A stretch of DNA of 64,000 nt from an uncultured candidate division WWE3 bacterium (GCA_963765125.1 CAVXUZ010000004.1:792-64791); one strand, 5' to 3'; shown: positions 27,747-37,579, counted from the stretch's first letter. Made by a program: numbers and translations. Notes: generated from the letters alone by a model not told the origin.

Positions 27747-28937
27747 TTACTTTTTCACTTCCAGAATGCTGTATCCTTCGACACTGGCTGCAATTATTGG
27801 TGCACCAATTAGTGGTTCAAGAAATTCTCTTATTTCTGAAACTCGTGAATCCTCAATTACTAAGAACATCCTCCCACCTTTAGAAAGCCTACGACGCGCC
27901 TGGGTTAGAATTCTAACAAGGTGCTGGCGTGGTATGTGTAGTGGTGGATTAGTAAGAATTAAATCAAATTCTCCCGAGATTGCCTCAGCACCATCACTAA
28001 GAACCACATTTACACGATCGTTGAGCTCTGCAGCTTTAACGTTTATTACCGTAGAGTCTACTGCGCGAGCGTTGACATCACTTAAAACCAAGTTTGCGCC
28101 TGGATACAGTAATGCCGCCGATATACCTATGTATCCAGAACCGCAGCCCAAATCCCAAATTTTTAAAGGACTCAGGTTGAGCGAGGATACATAACGTATT
28201 AAAGCTGCGCTCCCTAAGTCAACGCCACCTTTTGAGAATCCGTCGTGTCCTGTTTGAATATGGATCACCTTGCCTGCAAATTCATAGGTGTAGCTGTTAT
28301 TTAGAAGCGTGAAATCTACCTTCTTACCATCGCTGGTAAACTTAATCACCCTAGCACCACCTTTACCTCTTGCTACAATTTCATTTTTTATTCCAGTAGC
28401 ATCGGTAATTACTTGCGAAAGATTTTCTGCTCCCTTACTTTTATGACTGATCATGAACAGTATCCCCTGCTTTGAAGAATTTACCAGGTCGATAACCTCC
28501 TCAACTATTGAAGCCTGATTCTGATAAGACTCGTGCACCAAAATACTCACATCGGCGCATTTGCTTATCTTTTTCTCAACAAAAACTTGAACATTATAAA
28601 AAACATTTTCTTCAAGATTTCTGTCGACAAGATCCCTGTTAGCCGTCCATAAAGATATATACGTTTGCATCTTTGGATTCGCTAGGGAAATTAGAGTTGG
28701 CACTAATCCTGTTCCGCCCTCTCTAATAACAACACTTTTTGCTTGCAAGTCTCTCAATGCCTTTAAAACATATTTGACACCTACAAATAACTCAGGAAAT
28801 TCTTTACCAAATTTCTGTATAACATAGTCTCCATTTGGTGTCTTATACAAGGACACTGGTTTTATTTGAACTGGAAGCTCCCCGGTAATAAATCTCCTTT
28901 CGTCATCAGCATTAACGTGATTGCGCTTTATATTCAT
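27747..28937 (-). CDS. RsmC/RlmG-like methyltransferase (tandem MTase domains)
   Basis: FSKGGVDLGS, DLGCGSGYIG, DVNARAV, LILTNPPLH. Confidence 0.8.
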   Translation of the reverse strand: MNIKRNHVNADDERRFITGELPVQIKPVSLYKTPNGDYVIQKFGKEFPELFVGVKYVLKALRDLQAKSVVIREGGTGLVPTLISLANPKMQTYISLWTANRDLVDRNLEENVFYNVQVFVEKKISKCADVSILVHESYQNQASIVEEVIDLVNSSKQGILFMISHKSKGAENLSQVITDATGIKNEIVARGKGGARVIKFTSDGKKVDFTLLNNSYTYEFAGKVIHIQTGHDGFSKGGVDLGSAALIRYVSSLNLSPLKIWDLGCGSGYIGISAALLYPGANLVLSDVNARAVDSTVINVKAAELNDRVNVVLSDGAEAISGEFDLILTNPPLHIPRQHLVRILTQARRRLSKGGRMFLVIEDSRVSEIREFLEPLIGAPIIAASVEGYSILEVKK

Positions 28938-29334
28938 TAAGCACCTCTCTCTTTTATTATTCTTGCTGTGGATTATATCATTTTATGGTCTTTTATACTA
29001 ACCTCTAGTATTCCATTGCAAGACCGTGCTAATGACTTAACTGCGCTAACGCAGGACCTATTACCAACCGTTTATTTCACAGCACACCCTATATAGTATT
29101 AATGTTAGTTGGCGGACTGCACGATTTAAATATTAAATGTTTATAAATAGAAATATTGTCTAGATAAAACCTAACGCCTCAAAATTAAGTGTTATTCAGA
29201 AATATTATATTTCTAACAAGTTAGTTAATATTTATATGAAATCTAATTTTGTATCGCTCATATTTTAGACGCCATAAAAAACCATTCGTAATGCCAATAT
29301 TGACATGCTATTTTACGTGTGTTGTCATTAATAT

Positions 29335-29859
29335 ATGAAAAATAAATCTGCTCAAGGTTTCGGCGGTCTTCTTGTCTTATTAATTGTTGCACTAATAGGT
29401 ACCTCTGGTTATTTTCTTCTCACAAATAACGAGCAGGTTAGAATGCTTTGGTCCAAAACAAAAACTAAAATCTCAACCGATGAGAAATGTATTAGCCAAG
29501 CAGAATATGATTTACTTGTTGCTCAGGCTTACGAAGCTAATGACGAAGAGTCCATTAAATACCTTGAGGATATGATAGATAAAATAATTTGTACAGCATC
29601 CGTTGAAGGCAAAACACCTGAAATTGAACCACCACTTCCTCCAAAAAAGAGCTCTGATAAATATTCTGGTTATCAATACAATAATTGCTTCTTCTGTGAG
29701 TCGGATATGCAAATGTGTCAGGTTTGCTGGGAAAACGATTTTGGTGATAAGGTTTGCTGTTTAAAATCTGTGCAAGATAACGCAGACGATACTAAAAATA
29801 AATGCGCAGAGGGTGATAGAATCCTCGATCCTGACCAGGTGGCTAGATGTAGGGATTAA
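29335..29859 (+). CDS. prepilin-like membrane-anchored Cys-rich protein
   Basis: MKNKSAQGF + hydrophobic helix; many Cys in the C-terminal half. Confidence 0.65.
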   Translation: MKNKSAQGFGGLLVLLIVALIGTSGYFLLTNNEQVRMLWSKTKTKISTDEKCISQAEYDLLVAQAYEANDEESIKYLEDMIDKIICTASVEGKTPEIEPPLPPKKSSDKYSGYQYNNCFFCESDMQMCQVCWENDFGDKVCCLKSVQDNADDTKNKCAEGDRILDPDQVARCRD

Positions 29860-29989
29860 CTACACCCAACCGAATTTATCTTGATTTGACAGGGCGCCCT
29901 CTATCAATAATACGGCACATTTGACATTATCCCCCCTTGGATTACAATAACCTCAAATTTTTCAAATCGAGTGAAATAAGGAGATGACG

Positions 29990-30445
29990 ATGAAAAAGTC
30001 AGTTGACTACATTCTTCCGTTGTTTATAGTCGCATGGGTGTGCTTAATGATTTTTGTTTTTTTCTACGACGTGGCACCACAAATAGGTGGCGCGGTTTTT
30101 GCAGTAGCTTTTTTAGCACTGTTGGACATCGTGCTTATCTTGATGGATTTAAAATCCTGGTTTAAAAGTGTTGCAGTAGTTTTTCTAGGCGGCGCATTTC
30201 TTAAATCAAGTGAGCAGATTAAAAAATACTACATTATAGTTGTCCTGGTTTTCTTAGCTTCTGCAGTATTTTTTGGTTGGAGCATATTAGTAGCAAAAAC
30301 ATTTTTTCTCGGGTTCATTGCCACACTCATCTTTGAGGCATTGATCCTCGTCATGTTTATAACGATAGCAGTATTCTATACAGCCTTTGAAAGCATGTTT
30401 TCAAAAAAAGAAGATACCGCACCGTTGTCGACAAAAACAAATTAG
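29990..30445 (+). CDS. hypothetical membrane protein
   Basis: very hydrophobic; SD TAAGGAG; TTGACA at 29921. Confidence 0.7.
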   Translation: MKKSVDYILPLFIVAWVCLMIFVFFYDVAPQIGGAVFAVAFLALLDIVLILMDLKSWFKSVAVVFLGGAFLKSSEQIKKYYIIVVLVFLASAVFFGWSILVAKTFFLGFIATLIFEALILVMFITIAVFYTAFESMFSKKEDTAPLSTKTN

Positions 30446-30449
30446 CCAC

Positions 30450-30493
30450 AAAGCAGAGGTTTATTTTTTAAATACCCTCTGCTTTAATTTTTT
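30450..30493 (+). terminator. intrinsic terminator
   Basis: AAAGCAGAGG/CCTCTGCTTT stem. Confidence 0.75.
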
Positions 30494-30504
30494 GGTTTGG
30501 TGAT
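30490..30504 (-). repeat. dispersed 15-mer ATCACCAAACCAAAA, copy 6 (reverse)
   Basis: TTTTGGTTTGGTGAT directly after the terminator. Confidence 0.85.
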
Positions 30505-30610
30505 TAGGCGCTTTTTGCCTAAAATATTAAGGTACAAACATTTACATGCCTATGGGGGTATGCTATTGTTTTTACCATAAGTGGCTGTATTACAGCATTT
30601 TGAAAATATC

Positions 30611-31948
30611 ATGCAAAAAGAAGAAACACTTATACAACCTACGATACTTTCAGGCTTTATGGAGCTACTTCCTAACGAACAGCTGGTCTTTAACTCAATG
30701 CTCCAAGCAATCCAAAAATCATACGAATCTTTTGGTTTTACACCATTAGATACACCAATAATAGAAAAGTCAGAAGTCTTACTTGCAAAGGCTGGTGCTG
30801 AGGCAACAAAACAAACGTACAGCTTTAAAAAAGGTGATAATGATTTAGCCCTAAGGTTTGACCTCACTGTGCCACTCGCAAGATACGTCAGTCAGCACAT
30901 GCACGAATTAATTTTTCCTTTTAAACGTTATCAGATTGGAAAAGTATATAGGGGAGAAAAACCTCAAAAAGGTAGATTTAGAGAATTTTATCAATGTGAT
31001 ATAGATGTTATAGGAAAAGATGAACTAGGTTTAGAAACTGACGCAGAAATTGTTGCTGTTACCTACAGCACTTTTAAAAATCTAGGGATTGGTAAGTTTT
31101 TAATCAGAATAAATAATAGAAAAATTCTTTCAGGTTTTATAAAAAGTTTAGGTATTGGTGCCAACTCTGTTGAACTGTTGCGTGTTATCGATAAACAAGA
31201 AAAAATGCCCAAAGAAAAGTTTAGAGAATTACTAGAAGAGCTCATTGGAAAAAAACAGAATGTAGATAAACTGCTGTCACTCTTAGCCATAAACGGTAAC
31301 TCGAAAGATATTTTTAAAAAACTAGAAGATCTTGGGGTTGGTGATAAAACATATTTAGAGGGGTTAACAGAGCTTAAAGAGGTTGTTAAATACGTAAATT
31401 ATTACGGAGTTCCTGAATCAAACTGGGAAATTGATTTATCTATTGCCAGAGGCTTAGAGTACTACACTGGTACAGTCTATGAAACAACTCTAGTCGACTA
31501 CCCTCAAATTGGTTCCGTTTGCTCTGGTGGAAGATACGATGACTTAGCAAATTACTACACAGAACAAAAACTACCAGGAGTTGGTATCTCCATAGGTCTA
31601 ACAAGATTGTTTTACCAGTTGAACGAATTAAAACTTATAAAAACAACTGCTCAATCACCAACAAAAATATTAGTAATACCTTTAACAGAGTCTTTGTCAG
31701 AAGTTTTCGCAGCAGCAAATAGTTTAAGAGAAATTTCTATTCCAACTGAAGTAAACCTCACAAACAAAGGTCTTGGCAAGAAACTAGATTACGCAAACAA
31801 AATGGGAATTAGGTTCGTGTTGATAATTGGGGATGACGAACTTAAAACAGGTATTGCAACGGTTAAAGATATGGAATCCGGTGAACAAACGCAGGTTAAG
31901 TTAAGTGAGCTGCAGGATCATTTTAAAAATCTAGAAATCTCCAAGTAA
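30611..31948 (+). CDS. hisS: histidine--tRNA ligase
   Basis: LRFDLTVPLAR, YRGEKPQKGRFREFYQCDID, ARGLEYYTG, GGRYD. Confidence 0.97.
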   Translation: MQKEETLIQPTILSGFMELLPNEQLVFNSMLQAIQKSYESFGFTPLDTPIIEKSEVLLAKAGAEATKQTYSFKKGDNDLALRFDLTVPLARYVSQHMHELIFPFKRYQIGKVYRGEKPQKGRFREFYQCDIDVIGKDELGLETDAEIVAVTYSTFKNLGIGKFLIRINNRKILSGFIKSLGIGANSVELLRVIDKQEKMPKEKFRELLEELIGKKQNVDKLLSLLAINGNSKDIFKKLEDLGVGDKTYLEGLTELKEVVKYVNYYGVPESNWEIDLSIARGLEYYTGTVYETTLVDYPQIGSVCSGGRYDDLANYYTEQKLPGVGISIGLTRLFYQLNELKLIKTTAQSPTKILVIPLTESLSEVFAAANSLREISIPTEVNLTNKGLGKKLDYANKMGIRFVLIIGDDELKTGIATVKDMESGEQTQVKLSELQDHFKNLEISK

Positions 31949-31989
31949 AATTTAAAATATTTAAGCAATAAAGCAATAAACATTAGGAC

Positions 31990-32018
31990 TTGACACACCC
32001 TATAGGTTGGTATAAAAT
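31990..32018 (+). promoter_or_regulatory. sigma70 promoter of the putative ncRNA
   Basis: TTGACA-17 bp-TAAAAT. Confidence 0.7.
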
Positions 32019-32024
32019 GGTCGC

Positions 32025-32518
32025 TAACAACCTAATAGGAGCGCAGCGTTGAATATCTATATTATCTGCTGTCGTACTCCAATTCCTGACCCAGATCTGG
32101 TCGGGATACAAGGTGGTGATTCCCCGCGTTGCGGAGATAAACCCACCAAAGGTTGCCAACGGATCATTTGTTCCACTTGAAGGGCCGATATCCAATAGGT
32201 TTTATCTAACGATAAACCCATACTGGATATCACCCGACATAGACAGGTGGATCGCGGTAGCCTCTTACTTTGCCCTACCATAAGCAAAGTATGGACACCA
32301 ACTCCCAAAAATAATTTTTGGGAACTTGTATTGACGGAATACATACAAAAACTTGTTGTTTTAAAAAGATCAACCAGAATTAAGCAGGTTGACGGTGTAA
32401 AGAGACTTGGAATGTCAAACTTACACTCTATCGTCTATAGCATAATAAAAAACAACAACCAGCCGTCATATACTTGAAGAAACCCAGAGTTAAATGCATA
32501 TGCAACTCTGGGTTTTTT
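32025..32518 (+). ncRNA. putative large structured non-coding RNA, family not recognised
   Basis: more than 12 nested helices readable by eye, own promoter and terminator, no uninterrupted ORF from the SD-like site, GC-richer 5' half. Confidence 0.65.
32480..32518. terminator. bidirectional terminator
   Basis: AAACCCAGAGTT/AACTCTGGGTTT plus T run. Confidence 0.8.
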
Positions 32519-32756
32519 ATTTTCTTTTTTTGGTGATTTTTGTGTGGTGCTTACCCCAGCTAATATGATTCCAGATTCTCTCATGTATTACATATAAAAT
32601 AAGGCTTGAAAAATTAGAGATTAAAACTACTCCAATAGCTAAATCATACCTTTTCGTTATTATAAAAACGATTAAACCGTCGATTATTAAAGAGGCAGCT
32701 CTGTAGGTTATTGCTTTTGCAACGGATCTTTTGATGTGTTCGAGAAATTTGGGCAT
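32517..32756 (-). CDS. DUF2061 membrane protein
   Basis: RSVAKAITYR...LYVIHERIWNHISWG. Confidence 0.85.
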   Translation of the reverse strand: MPKFLEHIKRSVAKAITYRAASLIIDGLIVFIITKRYDLAIGVVLISNFSSLILYVIHERIWNHISWGKHHTKITKKRK

Positions 32757-32817
32757 AATGCTTTTTTAGTATACACGCAAGTTAGATCAGCGGTTAATAC
32801 TTTTTTAACAAAAAAAA

Positions 32818-32847
32818 TAGCGCTACCTTTATTATCGATAGCGCTAG
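32818..32847 (-). terminator. intrinsic terminator
   Basis: TAGCGCTA...TAGCGCTA hairpin with an A run on the + strand. Confidence 0.55.
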
Positions 32848-32876
32848 GCAAAACTTAAATGTGTAACCTAGTTACG

Positions 32877-33122
32877 CTAAAATCGGCGTATTCTTTCTAT
32901 TTCCTGCAGTTTTTTAAAGCTGTACGTGCAGTCTTTTAGATGCTCAAGAATCTCTATGTCCCAGGTAAGCTTTTTGCTACGTTCTTCGATCCTCAACTTC
33001 ATTCCAACAGTAATTTTAGCTGCTGCTGCAGGCTCAACTTGAAGAATGTTACTAAGTAATGACACTGATTCCCCCCAACCTCCTATAAACAACCCATTTT
33101 CATCGTAGATTCTCCAAAGCAT
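32877..33122 (-). CDS. small orphan-family protein C
   Basis: SD TAAGGAG; similar to the 16629 and 17124 ORFs. Confidence 0.7.
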   Translation of the reverse strand: MLWRIYDENGLFIGGWGESVSLLSNILQVEPAAAAKITVGMKLRIEERSKKLTWDIEILEHLKDCTYSFKKLQEIERIRRF

Positions 33123-33175
33123 GTTTTACTCCTTATCCATTAAAGTTTTGTGAATTATAGCACAATACTAGGGGT

Positions 33176-34207
33176 TTATTTGTTTTTTAGCTGTGGGTAC
33201 CTGCTAACTGCGGAGTTGATGATTAGAGTGAGTACCTCTGTAAACTTCAATCCTGCTTTTTCGGCTGTATACACTAAGCAGCTGATTGCATCTGGGTCGG
33301 GGTTTAATCCAGGCAATGTGTTTATTTCTAAAAAGTAAAGTTTGTTAGAATCGTTTAGACGATAATCAATTCTTGCCGCATCACGTACGTCTAGCAACTC
33401 GGCAATTTTAAGACTTGTCTCTTCTACTTCTTTTTTAATTTCTGGAGATACTTTTGCAGGGCATGAGTAGTATTTGTCGTTATCGGCCGCAGTGTCTTCA
33501 TAAATCCATTTAAGTTCGTAACCCGCTACTCTATTAAAACCTTTAGGTAAATGGTCAAATTTTTGCTCTAAAATAGGTAGTACTCTGAAAGGGTTGCCGA
33601 TAATGGTCACAGTGAACTCTCTTCCGTCTACATACTCTTCAACAATTGCCTCAAAATCAAATTCGTTTAGTACTCTTTCAACTTTTTCTATCACTTGCTC
33701 GGGCTTTGTTGCAACGCTGTCATTGTAAATTCCTTTACTCGATCCTTGTGTATTTGGTTTGATGATTACCGGAAAGGTAAGACCACTATAATCTGCGGTA
33801 GAATAATTTGTTTTATTTACGACTTTTGAGCGTGGCGCGCATATTCCATTATTGGCGAGGATTTCTTTAGCGTAGTGTTTATGAATTTTTATTGCGTGTG
33901 TAGTAGGTGAAGAAAACGTGTAAGGAATACCCAACATCTCACAAAACAGCGGTATTTGTGATTCACGCGCGTCGCCACCTAAACCTTCGGCGATATTAAA
34001 AACTAGGTCAATTTCGTTTTTATGTTTTTTTAGATTTTCATAGGCGTCAAGATCTGCCTCTATTTTTATTACAGAATGACCAAGCTGTTCAATTTTACTA
34101 ACAATATCATCAACCACACTAATAGGGTCAAATTCTATGTCTGATTGGTCTGCTTGAAGGGAATACTCTAGATTTTTTCTAACATTATAAGTAAAAGCAA
34201 TATTCAT
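33176..34207 (-). CDS. D-alanine--D-alanine ligase-like ATP-grasp protein
   Basis: LVFNIAEG...RESQIP..CEMLGIPYT, PVIIKP..QGSS.G, EEYVDGREFTV, LEINTLPG. Confidence 0.85.
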   Translation of the reverse strand: MNIAFTYNVRKNLEYSLQADQSDIEFDPISVVDDIVSKIEQLGHSVIKIEADLDAYENLKKHKNEIDLVFNIAEGLGGDARESQIPLFCEMLGIPYTFSSPTTHAIKIHKHYAKEILANNGICAPRSKVVNKTNYSTADYSGLTFPVIIKPNTQGSSKGIYNDSVATKPEQVIEKVERVLNEFDFEAIVEEYVDGREFTVTIIGNPFRVLPILEQKFDHLPKGFNRVAGYELKWIYEDTAADNDKYYSCPAKVSPEIKKEVEETSLKIAELLDVRDAARIDYRLNDSNKLYFLEINTLPGLNPDPDAISCLVYTAEKAGLKFTEVLTLIINSAVSRYPQLKNK

Positions 34208-34255
34208 TTTTCAAATTATAAATATACTATTGATCGGTGAAAATACAATGTGTTT

Positions 34256-36064
34256 TTATCTGGCGGATCTTCGTCTTTTTGTGGCGTCTAAAATCTTTTT
34301 TCTAAGTCTTAGACTTTTTGGGGTTATCTCAAGCAATTCGTCGTCTTCGAGAAAGCTAAGCATCTGTTCCAAACTCAATTCCACGTGGGGTGGGAGAAAT
34401 AAAGTATCTTCGCCCTGTGAACGGTTGTTGGTAAGCTGTTTTTCTCTACAAACGTTTACTTCTATGTCTTCGTCTCTTCCGTTGAGACCAACTATCATAC
34501 CTACATAAACCATTGTTTGTGGCCCAACAAATACTGGTCCTTTGTCGTGTGCTGAAACTAAGCCGTAAGGAGCCGCTTTTCCTGCATTTGAAGCTATAAC
34601 AACACCTTTTCTAAGCTTTTGTATTTGGCTCGAAATCTTCTCAAACCTAATAAAAGTGGAGTTCGAAACTGCAGTTCCTTTACTTAGTGTCATTAATGTT
34701 CCACGAAGGCCGAGTATTCCACGGGTGGTAATTTCAAATATGAGTCTTGTCGATTGCGAGGTTAATTCTTCTTGGCTAATAATTATTCCGCGTCTGCGAC
34801 CTATTTCACTTTTTATAGCCCCCACATAGTCGTTGTCTACGTCGACTGTCAATTCTTCAACCGGTTCAACTTCTACTCCATCTACTACTTTTGTAATAAC
34901 AGTTGGCTTACTAACTTCAACCTCAAATCCTTCACGGCGTAAAGTTTCTAGAAATACTGAAAGATGCAGCTCGCCTCTTCCCAACAATGTGTATTTTCCA
35001 TCGTCGGTGATTTGAAATTTCATTGAAACGTTTGTTTGCAGTTCTTTCTCGATTCTTTCTAAAATGTGTCTTCCTGAAAAATATTTTCCTTCTGTTCCCA
35101 TGAATGGTGATGTGTTTGGCCCTATTGTAATACTCAGAGTTGGATCTTCGATTTTAATTCTTGGTAGTATTTCATCTAGTGATAGGTCACACACTGTGTC
35201 CCCTATTTCAGCATTTTTAATACCTGTCAAAGCGATAATATCACCGCTTGTACTGCTTTCGATTTCTACTCTGTGCAAACCCTGGTTCTCAAATACTTTG
35301 TCTACTACAGTTGCCTCTTTAACACCTTCATTTTTAAGTACAGATACTTTTTGTCCCGTAGAAACCTTACCGCTGCGGACTTTTCCAATGACGTATTTAC
35401 CTTTGTAGCTGTCCCAATCGAGTGCTGCAATTTGCATTTGAAATGGTTTTGTGGGGTCGCTTTTTGGTTCAGGAACATATTTTAGAATTGCTTCAAAGAT
35501 TGGTGAAAAATCAGCGTGGTCGCTTCTGTGCTCGGGTAGCTTATCCCAAGCTTTTCCGCTTTTTCCTGAAGCATATATTATAGGAAACTCTAAGTGGTCT
35601 TCGTGGTGTGCTAGTTCTAAAAATAAGTCTGAGATTTTTGAGATTGTATGAGGAATTCTTGTGATGGATTTATCAATTTTATTAATAACAACAATAATCT
35701 TAAGATTTAACTCTAACGCTTTTTTTAAAACAAATTTTGTTTGTGGCATTGGCCCTTCTTGTGCATCTACAACTAGCAACGCACCATCTGCCATATTTAA
35801 TGTTCTTTCGACTTCGCCGCCAAAATCTGAGTGCCCTGGAGTATCGATAATGTTTATTTTTGTATCTTTGTATGTAACTGCAGTATTTTTTGCAAGAATT
35901 GTAATTCCTCTCTCTCGCTCCTGATCGTTTGAATCCATAATAAGGTGCTGTGACATCAATGCTTCATTCTCTCTGAATGTTTTAGACTGCTTTAACAGAC
36001 CATCTACAATAGTGGTCTTTCCGTGGTCAACATGTGCAATTATCGCAACATTTCTTAGGTTCAT
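34256..36064 (-). CDS. typA: translational GTPase TypA/BipA
   Basis: AHVDHGKTT, ERERGITILAKN, DTPGHSDFGGEVER, GRGELHL, EITPKSLRLRK. Confidence 0.97.
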   Translation of the reverse strand: MNLRNVAIIAHVDHGKTTIVDGLLKQSKTFRENEALMSQHLIMDSNDQERERGITILAKNTAVTYKDTKINIIDTPGHSDFGGEVERTLNMADGALLVVDAQEGPMPQTKFVLKKALELNLKIIVVINKIDKSITRIPHTISKISDLFLELAHHEDHLEFPIIYASGKSGKAWDKLPEHRSDHADFSPIFEAILKYVPEPKSDPTKPFQMQIAALDWDSYKGKYVIGKVRSGKVSTGQKVSVLKNEGVKEATVVDKVFENQGLHRVEIESSTSGDIIALTGIKNAEIGDTVCDLSLDEILPRIKIEDPTLSITIGPNTSPFMGTEGKYFSGRHILERIEKELQTNVSMKFQITDDGKYTLLGRGELHLSVFLETLRREGFEVEVSKPTVITKVVDGVEVEPVEELTVDVDNDYVGAIKSEIGRRRGIIISQEELTSQSTRLIFEITTRGILGLRGTLMTLSKGTAVSNSTFIRFEKISSQIQKLRKGVVIASNAGKAAPYGLVSAHDKGPVFVGPQTMVYVGMIVGLNGRDEDIEVNVCREKQLTNNRSQGEDTLFLPPHVELSLEQMLSFLEDDELLEITPKSLRLRKKILDATKRRRSAR

Positions 36065-36175
36065 AACTTTCGCCTATAGGGCGGTTTGAATTATACACCG
36101 AATCTGGCTTTGTAGTAATGATATCTTATATTTTGCGTGATACTATATAAATAGTATTTAATTTAATTAATTTAT

Positions 36176-36916
36176 ATGGAAATATTTATATTTTTAATCG
36201 TTATAGCTCTCTTTCTCTTGCCAATGTTTCTTAAAGTTATACCTGAAGGGTATAAAGGCGTCGTTCAATTTTTAGGAAAGTACAACCGAACTCTTACGCC
36301 CGGTCTAAATATTGTGATCTTTCCTTTGGAGATTGTTACCAAGGTAGATATTAGGGAACAAGTTATGGATATTCCTTCACAAGAAGCAATCACCAAAGAT
36401 AATGTTTCTTGCATGATAGACGGAATTGTCAGATTTAAAGTTTTAGAACCCTCTACAGCAATTTTTAAAGTTCAAAATTATAGAAATCAAATTTCTGCTA
36501 AGTCACAAACTGCACTAAGAGATATCATCGGTAGCATTACACTCGATGAGGTTCTTACTAAAAGAGCACAGATCGCAGAAGAAATAAAAATAATCGTCGA
36601 TGGTGCTGCTGAACAATGGGGCGTGGATATTTCTGCAATTGAAATTCAAAATATTGAAATTCCTGCCGATATGAAACGTGCAATGGCACAGCAAGCTGAA
36701 GCTGAAAGAGATAAGAAGGCAAGAATTATTAAAGCAGAGGGTGAAAAAGAAGCAGCCGTTAAACTTGCAGAAGCTGGACAAATATTGTCAGCCTCACGTG
36801 GTGCGTTAGAGCTTAGAACTTTACAAACGCTCAAAGAGATTTCGGCTGATCCGTCTGAAAAAATCATTATGACGATACCTAATTCATTCTTTGAGGTTAT
36901 TAACCCAAAGCACTAA
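36176..36916 (+). CDS. SPFH/stomatin family protein
   Basis: QEAITKDNV, TALRDIIG, AMAQQAEAER, ALELRTLQTL. Confidence 0.93.
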   Translation: MEIFIFLIVIALFLLPMFLKVIPEGYKGVVQFLGKYNRTLTPGLNIVIFPLEIVTKVDIREQVMDIPSQEAITKDNVSCMIDGIVRFKVLEPSTAIFKVQNYRNQISAKSQTALRDIIGSITLDEVLTKRAQIAEEIKIIVDGAAEQWGVDISAIEIQNIEIPADMKRAMAQQAEAERDKKARIIKAEGEKEAAVKLAEAGQILSASRGALELRTLQTLKEISADPSEKIIMTIPNSFFEVINPKH

Positions 36917-36922
36917 ACGACA

Positions 36923-37579
36923 ATGAGACGAGGAATAATACAGCTAGCATTTAACTACACTTTTAGTGATTTTGTTAATATCGTTCGACATATTCCACAA
37001 AACGATCGTGTTGTTCTAGAAGCGGGTACTCCATTCATAAAATTTGAAGGAATCAACGTCATCAGCAGAATGAGAATGTATTGGCGCGGTGCTATCTGCG
37101 CCGATATGAAAATCGCCGATGGAGCTTATGAGGAGGTTAGAATGGCGAGCTACGCAGGTGCAGACTCGGTTACTGCGCTAGGTAGCGCTTCAGATGAGAC
37201 GTTGAGAATTTTTGTTGCAGCTTGTAAAGAATTTAAGATTGCGTCGATCATTGACATGATAGGCACAACCAATCCGCTTAAACGCCTATGGCGTGCGAAT
37301 ATTGTCCCAGATATGGTTTACATTCATAGAGGCCGCGACGAGGAAAATTCGTTTGGAAAGATTATTCAGTATAAGGATATTGCAAAGCTTAAAGGAAAAT
37401 GGGAGATGCAGGTCGGAGCGGCCGGAGGAATAGATAAAAAGGAATTACAATCAGCGATTTTTAATAACGCAGATATTGTTGTCGTAAATATTGTACGTCC
37501 GCAGGATCAATGGAAGGGTGTTGTTTACGATAATGAATTTGATGAAAATCTAAATAAGTTTTTAGCTCTTGTTAGTTAG
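36923..37579 (+). CDS. OMP decarboxylase/HUMPS family protein (3-hexulose-6-phosphate synthase-like)
   Basis: LEAGTPFIK.EG, ADMKIADG, HRGRDEE, AAGGI. Confidence 0.75.
   Translation: MRRGIIQLAFNYTFSDFVNIVRHIPQNDRVVLEAGTPFIKFEGINVISRMRMYWRGAICADMKIADGAYEEVRMASYAGADSVTALGSASDETLRIFVAACKEFKIASIIDMIGTTNPLKRLWRANIVPDMVYIHRGRDEENSFGKIIQYKDIAKLKGKWEMQVGAAGGIDKKELQSAIFNNADIVVVNIVRPQDQWKGVVYDNEFDENLNKFLALVS

Noticed and set aside
29010-29060. Fluoride riboswitch suggested by GCTAATGACT
   Set aside because: The 5' GGnGATGG..TTC.CC element is missing and no fluoride-related gene follows.
30450-30490. preQ1-I riboswitch suggested by AGAGGTT...CCCTCT
   Set aside because: It lacks the A-rich tail, directly follows a stop codon and fits a terminator.
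32049-32477. SD + TTG-started frame with in-frame TGA and TAG, as evidence of stop-codon recoding
   Set aside because: TGA and TAG end many ordinary genes in this window, and dense base-pairing explains the region better as an RNA.
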